Shown here: positions 1 to 11,593 of the stretch, piece after piece | Layout of the letters: the number at the start of each line of letters is the position of its first letter | Numbering within the stretch: position 1 is the stretch's first letter | Origin: Diplonema japonicum | Lineage: Eukaryota > Protista > Euglenozoa: Diplonemea | Assembly: GCA_964019335.1 (NCBI GenBank) | Contig: OZ025721.1 | Span: forward strand, 62,001 to 126,000 | Length of the DNA stretch: 64,000 bases | Reading direction: 5' to 3' | Program-made: the position numbers and the translations under genes | Notes under the pieces: model-generated | Databases searched by the model: none | Seen by the model: only the letters and a program-made list of their open reading frames with translations | Told to the model about the DNA's origin: nothing

Positions 1-1780
1 CGATGCCATGTGCCCGAGGTCCGAGCCGTGGGTGGTGGAGCGGGCAGCATCGTGGCTACGTTGCGCACCTGTCTCGCTGCTTGGGGACAAGGTGTGCGAT
101 AATAATAATTTATAAAAAATGGAACATCAACATTGCAACAGGCTGACATGCTTGAGTCGATATACACGACGGAAACAACCACCGGTGGGGTGGAGCTGAA
201 GATGGTATTGAACGAGAAAAAAAGAAACAAAAAAAAAAAAAATAGAAACTGAGAGAAACTATAGCGCACGTTGGAAAGGCGAACCCGAATTGGTGCAGCG
301 AGTTCGTGCCGACTATGAGAGAGATGGTGGATGAGGTACAAAAAAAAAAAAAAAAAAAAAAACAATACAGCTCGATCCCAAAAGCCAGCTCCAGCATAGC
401 ACTTTGAGCCTGGCGACCACCGTTCTAAAAACCGCATCCCCCGTGGCATGCACGAAAGGCTTCACCACCGGGAACACGCTTCTGAGCAAACTAGTTAAGG
501 GGCTTGCCATGCTAGGGGCCGTGCAGGGAGCACTGGACATCTCATTCCACGACATGAAGAGAAAAAGCAGAAAACGAAAACACGGAGAGGAAGGGTTGGG
601 TGCCGTACTCAAGGCTGTCGACCTTGTAGAGCCCGATTCAGACTGCCTGCTGCTGGCGGGCGCTTCAATAGTTATGCTCAGAGAGGCGAAGAGACTCACA
701 AAAGAAATGGCAGAGCAATTCTGGAAACCCACACTGAACAAAGCCAGTGCTGAAGGCACCAGCTCGTCATGGCTGCTTGGGGTTGCCTTGGAATGCTTCC
801 CCCCTGTGCTCTCCTCAACAGCACAACAACGGTTTCTTACCGACACATACACCCACATAAAGCGGCCAGTGGACAGCCAAAAGAAAGCGTGGAAAGTCGG
901 GGAATCCGACAAAACAGGGCTCCTCACCGTTTTATTGTCGAAAATCGAAGGTCTTCCGAAAACCGAGCGTGAGGATACTCTGCAAAAGCTCGTCAAAAAA
1001 GCAGGCAAATCACTTGATGTGAAGGGCTGCGACTTTTTAACGACATTCCTAGTGACATGCCCTGGGATGTACCATGTTGCGAAGAAGGAGATGCAGGAGG
1101 CAACGATGAGGTGTATATTGGAGGCACACCGACTTGCGTGCCTTGGGTCGAGCGATGCCGCAACAGATGATGTCCTGAGGGGGTTGTGCGGGGTTGCGTC
1201 GGCGTGCTGTTTGATGGAAAAGTTCGAGCTCGACAGGGCTGGTTTCCCGGTGCTGATCACCCTTCCAAAGATGATGCTCAAGGGTAAGGGAAACTTCTTA
1301 AGAAGGTTCGGTGTTGCCGTCAACATCGCAAGCAACATCATTTTGCACTGCATGGAACAGGTCGCTGGTGTGTGGGGTCTGTTCGTCCACAGTGTGGCAG
1401 ACCTCGTGGAAGCATTTTTAGAATGGCAGGAAGATGAGGCTGAGGTACAGTTTGCAGAAGAGCCCACAGCTCTACTCGTTCGTGTGATCGAACTTCTCAG
1501 CGGTGCCAAGCGCCGCCCTGACATCGCGGTTCCCATCAGGGGTGTTGTCACCTCCCATGCCTGTGTTCTCCTCCAGAGGTTCCTTGCCTCTGTGGTTGCG
1601 CACCCTACCCCTGCCAACTTGCACAATCGGGACCTTGCCCGTGCTTTCTCAGCCATCATGTCCTTGTGCGGGAAGAATGTTTTCGCCACCACCTACACTC
1701 AAATCCCTCAGAATTGCCGTGTGGCCGCCTCCGCCTTCCATCTTCAATGGGAGTCCACGAGATTCCAAGGCAAGACGTAA
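1..1780 (+). CDS. 5'-incomplete spliced gene, probably Urb2/Npa2-family nucleolar ribosome biogenesis protein; introns 92-141, 205-245, 336-370
   Basis: Three phase-0 GT..AG introns join an open frame from position 2 to ORF 404-1780. The protein is helical, and its C-terminus (AFSAIMSLC...AFHLQWESTRFQGKT*) resembles the Urb2 C-terminal pattern. Confidence 0.55.
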
Positions 1781-2065
1781 AAAAAAAAAAAAAAAAGAAA
1801 AAAAAAATTGTGTATCAAAAAAAGGAGGGGGGGGGGAAAGAAAATCATTATCAAGTTTTTTTTTCTTTTTTTTTCTTTTTTTTTCTTTTTTTTTTTTTTT
1901 TCTTTTTTTTTCTTTTTTTTTCTTTTTTTTTTTTTTTTACTATTATTATTATTTGATTGGTTATTACTTACGAGAGGGTGTTTTTTTTCTCTCCTTTTTT
2001 CTTCTCTTGGTCAACATTTCCGTTAAGCGATACACACACACACAAAAAAAAAACAAAAAAAAAAA

Positions 2066-2911
2066 ATGTCAATGCACGGGCAGGCTGGTCTTCCTGAATG
2101 GGAGGCCCCAAGAATCGTAGCAAAGAGCACTCAGGATGCCCGCCCAGGGTACCAGAGCATGGACGCGAGCGAGTACATCGACAAGGACAGCGTGATGAAA
2201 GAGAAGGTCAAGATGCTTGCGGGACTGGTCCGGAAAAGCAAAGGGATCGTAGTCTACACCGGGGCAGGCATCAGCACGGCGGGAGGGATGCCCGACTACG
2301 CGAGTGTCGCAAAGGACAGCGTAGCACCGCACAGAAAAACAAGCGAACCATCGGTAAACAGACTGGATCTGACCCCAACCTACGGCCATCATGCCGTGTC
2401 AGCAATGGAGGAGGGCGGGTATGTCCAGCACTGGCTGCAGCAGAACCACGATCGGTTGGCACAGAAGGCAGGGTTTCCTCAAGAAAAACTGAACGAAATC
2501 CACGGAGCATGGGGCGACGACAAGAACCAGGTCAAGATGATGGACGACACCCTGCGCCCCGACCTCATCGACTGGGCGTTGCACTGGGCACAGTGCTCCG
2601 ATCTGTGCATCTCCATGGGGACCTCTCTCTGCGGGATGACCTCCGACACCGTCGCTCAGGAGACAGCACACCGCTACTCCCAAGGAACCGGGCAGGGCCT
2701 CGTCATCATCAACCTGCAAAAAACTGCCTTGGACAAGGACGCGACCCTCCGCATATGGGGGACGCTGGATACGGTCCTGAAGCTTCTCTGCAAAGAGCTC
2801 AAATTGAAGTCGCCTTGCAGAGCAGCGTCTGCACGCGGCAGCGAGTGGACCATGCGGCACACGAGATGCAGGTACAACACTCCCAAACGGACAGCGAAAT
2901 CGCCTCTTTGA
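2066..2911 (+). CDS. Sir2-family NAD-dependent deacylase (sirtuin)
   Basis: Motifs VYTGAGIST..G.PDY, QNHD.L, EIHG, GTSL and IINLQ.T..D are present. Confidence 0.92.
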   Translation: MSMHGQAGLPEWEAPRIVAKSTQDARPGYQSMDASEYIDKDSVMKEKVKMLAGLVRKSKGIVVYTGAGISTAGGMPDYASVAKDSVAPHRKTSEPSVNRLDLTPTYGHHAVSAMEEGGYVQHWLQQNHDRLAQKAGFPQEKLNEIHGAWGDDKNQVKMMDDTLRPDLIDWALHWAQCSDLCISMGTSLCGMTSDTVAQETAHRYSQGTGQGLVIINLQKTALDKDATLRIWGTLDTVLKLLCKELKLKSPCRAASARGSEWTMRHTRCRYNTPKRTAKSPL

Positions 2912-2960
2912 GAGTTTTTCTCTCTCCCCCTCCCTAGCCTCACAGTTAACTATCTATTGC

Positions 2961-2994
<34 letters not shown>

Positions 2995-3027
2995 CGTGTT
3001 TCTTTTCTGCCACACCACGCAGAGCAC

Positions 3028-3249
3028 ATGCTCGTACGGGTCACCACCACCAACCCTGATGCGGCAAGCATGGTGGAGCTCCCAGACGGGCTTGAGAGGA
3101 GGGAGTTCAGGGAACGGCTGCAAAGCCACATCGACGAGAACGCGAAGGGCCCCGTACACGCCGTGGAGGTGATGGACGAAGGGGACAGCGAGGGCTGGGT
3201 GGGGATCAAATGGTGGTGGATGGTCGACCCAAGTGCAAAGACAGTTTAA
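3028..3249 (+). CDS. Small hypothetical protein (73 aa)
   Basis: GC-rich ORF that fills the island between two poly-T spacers and is preceded by poly-T + AG like its neighbours. Confidence 0.55.
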   Translation: MLVRVTTTNPDAASMVELPDGLERREFRERLQSHIDENAKGPVHAVEVMDEGDSEGWVGIKWWWMVDPSAKTV

Positions 3250-3355
3250 TACACCCCTCCATGTTTTCTTTTTTTTTTTTTTTTTTTTCATTCCACAAAA
3301 AAAAAAAAAAAAAAAAAAACAGAAAAAAAACACACACACGAGAAAAAAAAAAAAA

Positions 3356-4222
3356 ATGACATCCATCGGGTTCATCGGTCTTGGCATCATGGGGGAGGGG
3401 ATGGCTAGGAACCTCGCAAAGGGCGGTGTCAAGCTGGTCGTGTGGAACAGAACCGCTTCCAAGAGCGAGGAGCTCGTGAAGGAGTACCCGGATCTTGTCA
3501 CAGTCGCCGCGAGCCCCGGGGCGGTGGTGAAAGCCTGCGGCGTTACCTTCTCCATGCTGTCTAACTTAGAGGCGTCGGCTGCATGCTTCGGGCCTGTCCT
3601 CGACAACGTTGCAGAGGGGAAGAGCATCGTCGACTGTGCTACCCTCACCCCTGAGGCCATGCAGGACATGGCAAGCAAGATCCAAGCCAAGGGCGGAAGG
3701 TTCCTCGAAGCCCCTGTCTCAGGTACAAAGAAACCCGCAGCAGATGGACAGCTCATCTTCCTCACAGCAGGCTCCGAAAGCCTCAACAAAGAGGTGTCCC
3801 AGTACCTTGACCTCATGGGAAAGGCGACGCATTATTATGGAGAAAAGGTGGGTGCAGGCACCAAAATGAAGCTTGCCATCAACATGACCATGGGCACTAT
3901 GATGGTAGCAGTTTCTGAAGGCATTGCTCTTGCAGAGTCCTCTGACCTCACAGCTGCAGACTTCATGGAAGTGCTCGGAGAGGGTGCGATGGCCTGTCCC
4001 ATGTACAAGGTGAAGGGTGCCAACTTGATCTCTCACTCTCATCCTCCTGCATTCCCCTTGAAGCACGCGCACAAGGACATGAAATTCGCTATTGATCTTG
4101 GTGCCGCACAGGGTGCAACCCTCCCCGTCTCCTCCTCTGCCGAGGCGCAGTTTGCCAAGGCGCCCGCAGAGGATCAGGACAAGGATTTCTCCGCAGTCAC
4201 TGAAGTTGTCAGGAAGCGTTGA
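3356..4222 (+). CDS. 3-hydroxyisobutyrate dehydrogenase family, glyoxylate/succinic semialdehyde reductase-like
   Basis: IGFIGLGIMG Rossmann motif, VWNRT, FLEAPVSG, G...KL..N and FPLKHAHKD. The true start is the ATG at 3356, after the poly-A leader. Confidence 0.93.
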   Translation: MTSIGFIGLGIMGEGMARNLAKGGVKLVVWNRTASKSEELVKEYPDLVTVAASPGAVVKACGVTFSMLSNLEASAACFGPVLDNVAEGKSIVDCATLTPEAMQDMASKIQAKGGRFLEAPVSGTKKPAADGQLIFLTAGSESLNKEVSQYLDLMGKATHYYGEKVGAGTKMKLAINMTMGTMMVAVSEGIALAESSDLTAADFMEVLGEGAMACPMYKVKGANLISHSHPPAFPLKHAHKDMKFAIDLGAAQGATLPVSSSAEAQFAKAPAEDQDKDFSAVTEVVRKR

Positions 4223-4581
4223 AAGAGGGTAAAAGAATGAAGGGAAAAAAAAATTTTTTTGTTTGTTTGTTTTTTTTTTTTTTTTTTTTTTTTTGTCTTC
4301 CTTTCCTTTTTCTCTCTCTCTCCTCTCTAATTTTTTTTTTTATATTGTCTTAGACAAACTTTAGATACTGAAGTTAAAAAAAAAAAAAAAAAAGCTCGGA
4401 GAGGAGTTTTTTTTAACTTTTAAAAAAAAAAACAGAAAAACAAAACAAAAAAAAAAGAACGGGGGAAAAAAAAAGAGGAGAAAAAAAACGTTGGGGTGTT
4501 GCGGTTTCTTTTTTTTTTCTTTTGAGGTTCCCCCCCCCCCCCCCCCCACCCTTATTTTAAACGAGGGGGAAAAAAAAAAGC

Positions 4582-5403
4582 ATGAACGAGGCCGAAAAGC
4601 AAGCGTTTTTAGACGAAATGCTCACATGCGACCATGTTAGCCTGCTGAAGGAAATACATGCAGAGAAAGCGGACTACATAGAAGCCTGCCCGATGAAGGA
4701 AGATGCAAGAGGAGGCGTGGCAGCAGAGATGAGCATCGTGACGAAGGAACTGGAAAACTTGAAACAGATGTATGCGGTCAAAAAAGATGTAGAAACGAGA
4801 GCAGCGAAGAAGTACTTGGAAGCAATGGAGCAGGAACTGGGGTGTTTGTATGCTGACTGGTTTGATGCAGGCATCGGCTCAGGCGAGGCTCGGATTTCCT
4901 TAGACACTTTGAAGAATGAAATTTCATTTTTGAGCAACGGGGGGAGGGAAGAGATCAGCGAGCAGCAGTACCAACAGAGTGCGGAGTTCTTCAGAGCCAA
5001 CAGGCTGACACACATCACCCAGGATGAGGTTTTGATCCGTAACGCAATCGTCGTTACATCTGCGAGTAACGAACTCTCGCCTGCGCTGGTCCACACATTC
5101 CTCCCACCACAGTCCCCTTACGTCCTTCTCGATCTAGAATCTCCCCATTACATTGCGGTTCTGTTCCACTCTGTTAAACCTGCTGCCAAGCTTCTGTCCA
5201 ACCCCGATCCCATTTACACCTGGGTTCCCATCCCCAACGCCAGTTATACCTTCGCCAGGTACGCCTGCCTCGCTGACAAGTTAGAATGTCGGCAAATCGC
5301 GGGGACAAGCTTCGATGTGGAGGAGCCGGCCAACGTCACCTCTACCATATTCAAGGCACCTATAAGGTACTCCGACAGGGGGAAACGGGCGAGACTCACA
5401 TAG
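4582..5403 (+). CDS. Hypothetical protein (273 aa)
   Basis: Long ORF bounded by homopolymer spacers; no recognised motif. Confidence 0.75.
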   Translation: MNEAEKQAFLDEMLTCDHVSLLKEIHAEKADYIEACPMKEDARGGVAAEMSIVTKELENLKQMYAVKKDVETRAAKKYLEAMEQELGCLYADWFDAGIGSGEARISLDTLKNEISFLSNGGREEISEQQYQQSAEFFRANRLTHITQDEVLIRNAIVVTSASNELSPALVHTFLPPQSPYVLLDLESPHYIAVLFHSVKPAAKLLSNPDPIYTWVPIPNASYTFARYACLADKLECRQIAGTSFDVEEPANVTSTIFKAPIRYSDRGKRARLT

Positions 5404-5458
5404 TTACATGGAACGGGAAAAAAAAAAAAAAAAAATGATGCTGTGAAATTCCAATCAT

Positions 5459-5491
<33 letters not shown>

Positions 5492-5536
5492 TGTAAAAGA
5501 AAAAAAAAAAAAAAAAAAAAAGAAAGAGTGTGCGCT

Positions 5537-6151
5537 ATGGAATGGAAAGCCGCGCTTGAAAAGGTGTTGAAAGAGCGAGCAGACGTGTTAGGGGGCGTCA
5601 GGGCAAAGCTGCGTGAAATGGAAGCAGAGGAACGGTTGCTAGAAGAAAGATGGAAGGTGGAAAGGGAAGGCATGGCCGAGGAGATAAACTTCTTGAGAAA
5701 AATAGTAAGGAAGAGCAGCTCGATGCCTGCATTGCCAACTAGACGGGATGTGGAGGACCTGACGCCTGAGGACTTAACACAAATCCCACTGCAAGACGCA
5801 GACATGACGCAGGTCGATGTTGGGTTGGCAGTCCCATCCACTGTGCCTGCAATTGATGTGTTGGAGCTGTCTCCTGACGACGTGCCTGTGCCTCCGCACA
5901 AAATCGCCAAGACTGTGTCTCACAGCTCTCCCACCCCAGCTCCCGTCAAGCACAGGGAGACATCTCGGCTGAAAGCCGTTCGTGCCACGCACCTCGCCAT
6001 CACATGCCCCACGTGCTCCGAGTTCTTCACAGCGCTCGACGCCCCACAGCACGTGAAGGACAAACACATCCAGCAACACGGCAGACACCGTTGCCTGTGT
6101 GCACCCTCCAACACCCCTCCCGGGTTCTGGGACATGGGGTACCTGCAGTGA
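5537..6151 (+). CDS. SAE2: SAE2/CtIP (Com1)-like DNA end-resection protein
   Basis: N-terminal coiled coil, then the C-terminal CxxC (CPTC), RHR and TPPGFWD motifs diagnostic of CtIP/Sae2/Ctp1. Confidence 0.88.
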   Translation: MEWKAALEKVLKERADVLGGVRAKLREMEAEERLLEERWKVEREGMAEEINFLRKIVRKSSSMPALPTRRDVEDLTPEDLTQIPLQDADMTQVDVGLAVPSTVPAIDVLELSPDDVPVPPHKIAKTVSHSSPTPAPVKHRETSRLKAVRATHLAITCPTCSEFFTALDAPQHVKDKHIQQHGRHRCLCAPSNTPPGFWDMGYLQ

Positions 6152-6265
6152 TTGGGGAAACCGACAAAAAAAGTTTTTTTTTATCCCATTACTATCTTGC
6201 ATCAATTTCTTTTTTTTTTTTTTTTTTTTTGTGTGTGTCACCATCCACCCCTCTCCCTCAGGGCC

Positions 6266-8569
6266 ATGACGGAGGCCGAACGGGGCGCATATACACGAAT
6301 CAATGGCGCGCGGTACAAGAAGTACAAATATGAACAGCAGTACGACGAAGCTGTGTTCCGATACACGACAGCATCACCGCACAGGGTGAGGGGGGGCAGA
6401 AAGCGGGACACGACAACAAGGGTGGAGGAGAGGGTCCCGAAGAAGGTGACCTTGGAGCGATGGGAGGAAAAAGAATACGTACCACGCGAGGAGCATCTGC
6501 AGGCATCCGAATCGCTGCTGCGGGAACGGCATCGCCGGGTACGGAACAGGCAAGGGCAGGAACAGATGGAACGGCTTGCCATGGCGCAGAACATGGTCTC
6601 AGGCGCCAAAACAGAAGCAGATATCGGCGAAAATCTCGATGATGACCTCCGTGGTGCCTCTGAGGTGGTGAAGAATGACACGAAGCTCGCTGCTAAGAAG
6701 TGGCTCACGCTCAAATGGCAGCAGACCCTTGAGGAATACGACGGCATCGTGGGCTGCAGCGCAGCTACACTACTCGGGGGTGGTGGCCCTTCGCCTGTGC
6801 CCTCTAGCAAGACTTCTACACCGCAAAAGAAGATGACCCGCAGCACGCAAGAGCGAAAACGACTTGTCCCCATCCCTACGAAAGGCTATCGACTCCCTAC
6901 CCACGACAACTCAACTACTTGGGACACGGGCCCCACCCACACCAGTCCCGAGAGGCCGCATACAGCGACAACTCAGAAAAAACAATCACGCTACCTCCCA
7001 CAACCTGCCGGCAACAAGCTCAACCCCATTCGGCACCAGGTCACGTGTGCCGCTCTCTACGCGCACTCCGTCCCTCGCACCACGCACCTCAACCAAATGA
7101 ATCAATGCCTGCCACCCCCTTACGTGTCCAAAACCCCTGAACCGATAGAACCCCCTGACCTCGAGGACTGTGACACGGAGTCCTCTGTGCTGGGCGGGAT
7201 CCAACTCACGGCAACGGTACCCTTCTCGGACGTGGCTTCTTCCCCCTTCTCTTCTTCCGGCGTGGAGCGGTTGCAGCTCCAGCAAATGGTCAGCACTGCA
7301 CCAGGCGTTGAGCAGCTGCCTCCTCTGCAGGTAACGAAGCACTTGATGCTGAACGAAGTCTTCCGACTCACAACCTCAGAGCACCCAGTGCTGCAGGCGC
7401 TGTCTGAAGTGCTCCACGAAAGCACCGAAGTACGCTCTGCACCAAAGCACGGGTCTGAAGTGGATGAGGCAGAAGAAGGGACATCACCCCCACGAGAACA
7501 ATCTGCAGGAGACCCGGAAGGTGCACCTAGTTTGCCCGTTTCCGACGAAGTGCCTGATACACTTGTTGAGGACACCGCAGTGCGGGACGAGGCTAAAGAC
7601 GAGATACCATCACCCCCCCCTTCACCACCTGCTGGGACAGACATTGACCATCCAGAGATCAGTGACAAGGACAGCTACATGGACTCGGTCGTCAGTGAGG
7701 AAGCTGCACAAAAGGAGGACGGGGATAGGGTGGGCGACACACGAGAGTACCCCGAGGATGAGGTTGTAGAGGAGTCGATCCCAGGAGGTGAGGGGGAGAC
7801 AATCCAGGATGACGCAGACGCAGAGGAGATACAGGATGAGGCAGAGGAGGTACAAGAATCAATAAAGAACGAGGAGGCCGAGACACCGCGACAGGAACCA
7901 CAGGAGTCAATACCGGGAGACGAGGTGGGAGAAACAATACAGGACGGGGCAGAGGAGGTACAAGAGCCTATACCAGAACCAGAGGCCGAGACACAACAAA
8001 CTCATGAGTCGGGGGACGAGGCGATACACGAGGCAGAGAGAGTACAGGAACCCATACAAAACAAAGAACCGGGACTAGAACGAGAGGCGCAGGAGCCAAT
8101 CCAAAGCGAGCCAAGGCAACCAGAGGTACAGGTAGAGAAGCCGGCACAGCACGAGGAAGAGGGACAGACTACCCACGACCTGCAAGAAGGTGAGACACCG
8201 TTCAGCGCGCGGTCTTATGGGGGCGAGTCCTTCGAGGTGGAGTCCAAGGCAGAGGTGCTCACGGCATCGCCTCGTGCACTGAAGGATGATACTTTATCAC
8301 AGACTTACACAGCAGAGTTCGAGGACCCACAGGATGGAGAGGGGGGCGACCCTGTCGGGGGTGAGCCACAGGAGGACTCCAAAAAACGACGGAAATCAAA
8401 AGACAAGAAGAAGAAAAAGAAAAAAAAGCAACAGGCAGAAGACGAGGCGAGACGGCAGTCCCTCGTGTCACAGGGATCCGAGAGCTGCCTGCAGGCCGAG
8501 GAGTCGGGTGGCGAGAGCCATCAGGAAGGGAAGAAGAAAAAGAAGAAGAAGAAAAAAAAAGAGATGTGA
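6266..8569 (+). CDS. Hypothetical low-complexity protein with acidic repeats and Lys-rich tail
   Basis: Long ORF. ATG 6266 follows a pyrimidine tract + AG. Degenerate E/Q-rich repeats at about 7760-8120. Confidence 0.75.
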   Translation: MTEAERGAYTRINGARYKKYKYEQQYDEAVFRYTTASPHRVRGGRKRDTTTRVEERVPKKVTLERWEEKEYVPREEHLQASESLLRERHRRVRNRQGQEQMERLAMAQNMVSGAKTEADIGENLDDDLRGASEVVKNDTKLAAKKWLTLKWQQTLEEYDGIVGCSAATLLGGGGPSPVPSSKTSTPQKKMTRSTQERKRLVPIPTKGYRLPTHDNSTTWDTGPTHTSPERPHTATTQKKQSRYLPQPAGNKLNPIRHQVTCAALYAHSVPRTTHLNQMNQCLPPPYVSKTPEPIEPPDLEDCDTESSVLGGIQLTATVPFSDVASSPFSSSGVERLQLQQMVSTAPGVEQLPPLQVTKHLMLNEVFRLTTSEHPVLQALSEVLHESTEVRSAPKHGSEVDEAEEGTSPPREQSAGDPEGAPSLPVSDEVPDTLVEDTAVRDEAKDEIPSPPPSPPAGTDIDHPEISDKDSYMDSVVSEEAAQKEDGDRVGDTREYPEDEVVEESIPGGEGETIQDDADAEEIQDEAEEVQESIKNEEAETPRQEPQESIPGDEVGETIQDGAEEVQEPIPEPEAETQQTHESGDEAIHEAERVQEPIQNKEPGLEREAQEPIQSEPRQPEVQVEKPAQHEEEGQTTHDLQEGETPFSARSYGGESFEVESKAEVLTASPRALKDDTLSQTYTAEFEDPQDGEGGDPVGGEPQEDSKKRRKSKDKKKKKKKKQQAEDEARRQSLVSQGSESCLQAEESGGESHQEGKKKKKKKKKKEM

Positions 8570-8714
8570 ATATTTTTTTTTTTTTTTCCTCTCCCGCCCT
8601 CCTTTTTTTTTTTTTTTTTTTTTCTGTCCGTCTTTTTTTTTCACCCTCCCTTCACTCTTCACTCAAACAAAAAAAAAAAAGAAGAAGAAAAAGAGGCCTA
8701 CAAAAAAAAAAAAA

Positions 8715-9893
8715 ATGTCAAAAGCAAAAAAATATCTTTCTAACCTACGCGACCTACTGGAGCATGTGAAGACCCCGTACGGGAAAGGGAAGAACAGCGT
8801 GGGGATAATGGGGATAAGGAGCGACGTGCACTCTTCCTTCCTGCGGGGGTGTGCGGGGGCCCCGGAAAGGATCCGCGAGGCGTTCCTATCAGACAGCTGC
8901 AACACAGCAACCGAGATGGGAAAGAACATCATCATAAACCCCGTGGAACAGCATTTTAAAAGCGAGAACTTCGCGAAAAAACTAGAAACCGAAGCCTCAG
9001 GTGGCGTGACTGGTTCCTACACCGTCTTGGATCTAGGCGACATGGAATTCTCAAAAGACGACGAAAAGAATCCGGACGAAATGTTCAAAGACATCGTTGA
9101 AGCATGCAGGCTCATCAACAGCAAGAACATCACACCGTTATTTTTAGGCGGTGACCACTCCATCACGTACCCCCTGTTCGTGGGGTTGTGCAGCACACCG
9201 AAGTACCACATTGGGAACATCAAAGCCGGCTCATCCGAAGGAGGTGAATGGCAGGAACCAGGCGACAATGATGTTGAAAGCCCGCATATTATCCACTTCG
9301 ATGCGCATCCCGACTTGTACCCAGACTTTGAGGGCAACCCGTACAGCCATGCGTCACCCTTTGCAAGAATTGCTGAGACGGGCTTGGCGGGGAAGATAAC
9401 CCAGTTCGGCGTTCGGTGCGGCAACTCTGTTCAAAACAATTTCATCAGAGACTTCCCGTCTATTGAACAAGTTCCCATGCAGCAGGTGTTCAGAATGTCT
9501 CCAAAGGAACTTTCAGAAGCGATTGAAGAAGCAACGTTCTCTACCGGTCGCTCGCAGACTGCAAGGGCCCGGACATATTTATCCATTGACTTAGATGTAC
9601 TTGATCCTGCATTCGCTCCAGGGCTGTCCCATCACGAGCCTGGCGGGATGGATGTTAGAACACTTCTCCACATGATCCAGTCCGTCCCGCGATGCGCCAT
9701 GCTGGGAGCCGACATCGTGGAGTACAACCCGACGAGAGACAGAGACAATGTGACAGCGATGGTCGCTGCCAAGGTGATGAAAGAGGTGATCCCGTTGCTG
9801 GCCCTCCGGGACGGGAAGCACCAAGAGGTGACACTGCCCAAAAACAACACCAAGAAAAAGGCATTGGAATGGCCGTGGAAACGCCCCGAATAA
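8715..9893 (+). CDS. Ureohydrolase (arginase/agmatinase family)
   Basis: Mn-binding motifs GGDHSIT, DAHPD and SIDLDVLDP, plus HASPFARI, APGLSHHEPGG and DIVEYNP. Confidence 0.93.
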   Translation: MSKAKKYLSNLRDLLEHVKTPYGKGKNSVGIMGIRSDVHSSFLRGCAGAPERIREAFLSDSCNTATEMGKNIIINPVEQHFKSENFAKKLETEASGGVTGSYTVLDLGDMEFSKDDEKNPDEMFKDIVEACRLINSKNITPLFLGGDHSITYPLFVGLCSTPKYHIGNIKAGSSEGGEWQEPGDNDVESPHIIHFDAHPDLYPDFEGNPYSHASPFARIAETGLAGKITQFGVRCGNSVQNNFIRDFPSIEQVPMQQVFRMSPKELSEAIEEATFSTGRSQTARARTYLSIDLDVLDPAFAPGLSHHEPGGMDVRTLLHMIQSVPRCAMLGADIVEYNPTRDRDNVTAMVAAKVMKEVIPLLALRDGKHQEVTLPKNNTKKKALEWPWKRPE

Positions 9894-10108
9894 TCTTTTT
9901 TTTTTTTTTTTTTTTTTTCTTTTTCATTTTCTTTTTTTTTTTCTTTTGGACTATAAACGGACTTTTTATGCTGTCTCTAAAAGCCCAACGTAACACGTGA
10001 AAAAAAAAAAAAAAGTATTTTTTTTTTTTTTTTTCGTTCTCCCCGTCATTTCAAACTTAACGTGAAGGGGGTGGGGAAGACAGGAAAAAAAAAAGGAGGG
10101 AAAAAAAA

Positions 10109-10493
10109 ATGGATGTCAATGTTATGTTTTCCGCCGACCAAATAGCTATACCCCCCGAGCTAGCCCCCATTCTTAGGCACTACACGAAAGCGGTCCTCAG
10201 AAATGAGGAGGAGATATCACAGCAGGGGCTGAACAAATGGACGGCGAACTACTTCGCAGAGCTGGGCGGCATGCCCAAGGTTTTCAACTCCGACGGCTCG
10301 CTTGCACAACGAATGAACGAGGCCGTGGGCAACGGGTACGAACAGGTACCTTGGGGGGACCAAACCCGTCCTATGAGGGACAGGACCTTATCCACAGTTT
10401 CACAAAAATACGTCGGTGTCGAGTATGCATGCATACTATTAACCGCGGGGTGGGCTTGATAATAAATTGAGGACAGGGGGGGAAAAGAGAGGG

Positions 10494-10532
<39 letters not shown>

Positions 10533-10731
10533 CACACAGCGGAATGATATCTAAAGACAATTTAAGCGCCCTGTTGCAAGAACTTAAAAAAGACTCTGGT
10601 GTGGTGGTGAACGAGGTTTGAATTGGCCAAGAAACAAAACAAAAAAAAAAAAAAAAAAGGATGCGATTGCGAATTTAAACCCCGATTCAAAGATCACCCA
10701 GGAGGAGCTGCGTGACATCTTGTTTCCATGA
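10109..10731 (+). CDS. RIIa dimerisation/docking-domain protein (ropporin/RSP11-like) with degenerate EF-hand-like C-terminus; introns 10423-10539 and 10616-10659
   Basis: N-terminus FSADQIAIPPELAPILRHYTKAVLR matches the ropporin-type RIIa domain. The two GT-AG introns restore an open frame ending at TGA 10729-10731. Confidence 0.72.
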
Positions 10732-11106
10732 AATGGCTGAAAGAATGTAATGTGTTATATAAAAAAAAAAACTGTATTAAAGGGGGTCCGAATAATCCCT
10801 TTATTTGGGCAGTGGAGGGGGGGTGTTTGGGCTCCAAAAAAAAGAATTATTTGGAATACACTTATTTGGGTTGTACTTATTTGGGCTGGGGGCCTGCCAC
10901 ATAGAAAGCAGGGAGCGGGGCTTAGAGCACTTCAGAAATCTTAACATGCCAAATTGTGTCAAGATTTTTTTCATGCCCTTTTTTTTTCCTAAGGGGAAAT
11001 TTTAACAGTTTTTCTCTGTTGGAGAACCCACAAACGTTGCAGACAAACCGCCTGGTTTTGGCGTTAGGTGGTTGCTGGGAGATTACGGGGGTCTGAGAGG
11101 TTTGAA

Positions 11107-11165
11107 GCTGCAAGGGCTTGGAAGGCTGCAAGGGCTTGGGAGGTTGCAAGGGCTTGGAAGGCTGC
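11107..11165. repeat. 18-bp minisatellite, about 3.3 copies
   Basis: Tandem GCTGCAAGGGCTTGGAAG units. Confidence 0.9.
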
Positions 11166-11429
11166 TGGAGTCTCGTCAGGTGCAGTGTCCATTGTAACAC
11201 CCGCAACAGCAGCAGAGCGCCGAATCAACGTGACACTGTGGGCGGGCACATGAGAAAGATCATGCAACTGCTCGGCACCTTTAGCTGTATGCGGTCTCGC
11301 GGCTACCTTCCAGATAGTTCCGAGGAGACCATACAGCTAAGGGCACTTAGCGAAGCTAAGCACTTTGAAGGGGTCGGACCCTTTGCTTGGGGCATGCCAC
11401 AGCCCCCCCCCCCCCCCCCCCCCCTAACC

Positions 11430-11593
11430 CTATGCTGGCAGGAAACGTGGAAACGTTTCCGTTTCCGTTTCCATACTTTTCAAAATTCTTATGGAAACGC
11501 GTTTCCTTCTTAAGGAAACATAAGGAAACGTTTCCGTTTCCGTTTCCCTTTTTTTCAAAAAATGCATGGAAACGCGTTTCCATGCCAGCATAG
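11430..11593. mobile_element. 164-bp MITE with 11-bp TIR and 8-bp TSD
   Basis: CTATGCTGGCA...TGCCAGCATAG, flanked by CCCTAACC at 11422-11429 and 11594-11601. The interior is built of GGAAAC/GTTTCC repeats. Confidence 0.85.

Noticed and set aside
313-1692. Long antisense or alternative-frame ORFs (e.g. 313-1692, 16086-17372, 39681-41180, 39904-41232)
   Set aside because: Shadows of GC-rich real genes, with no motifs of their own.
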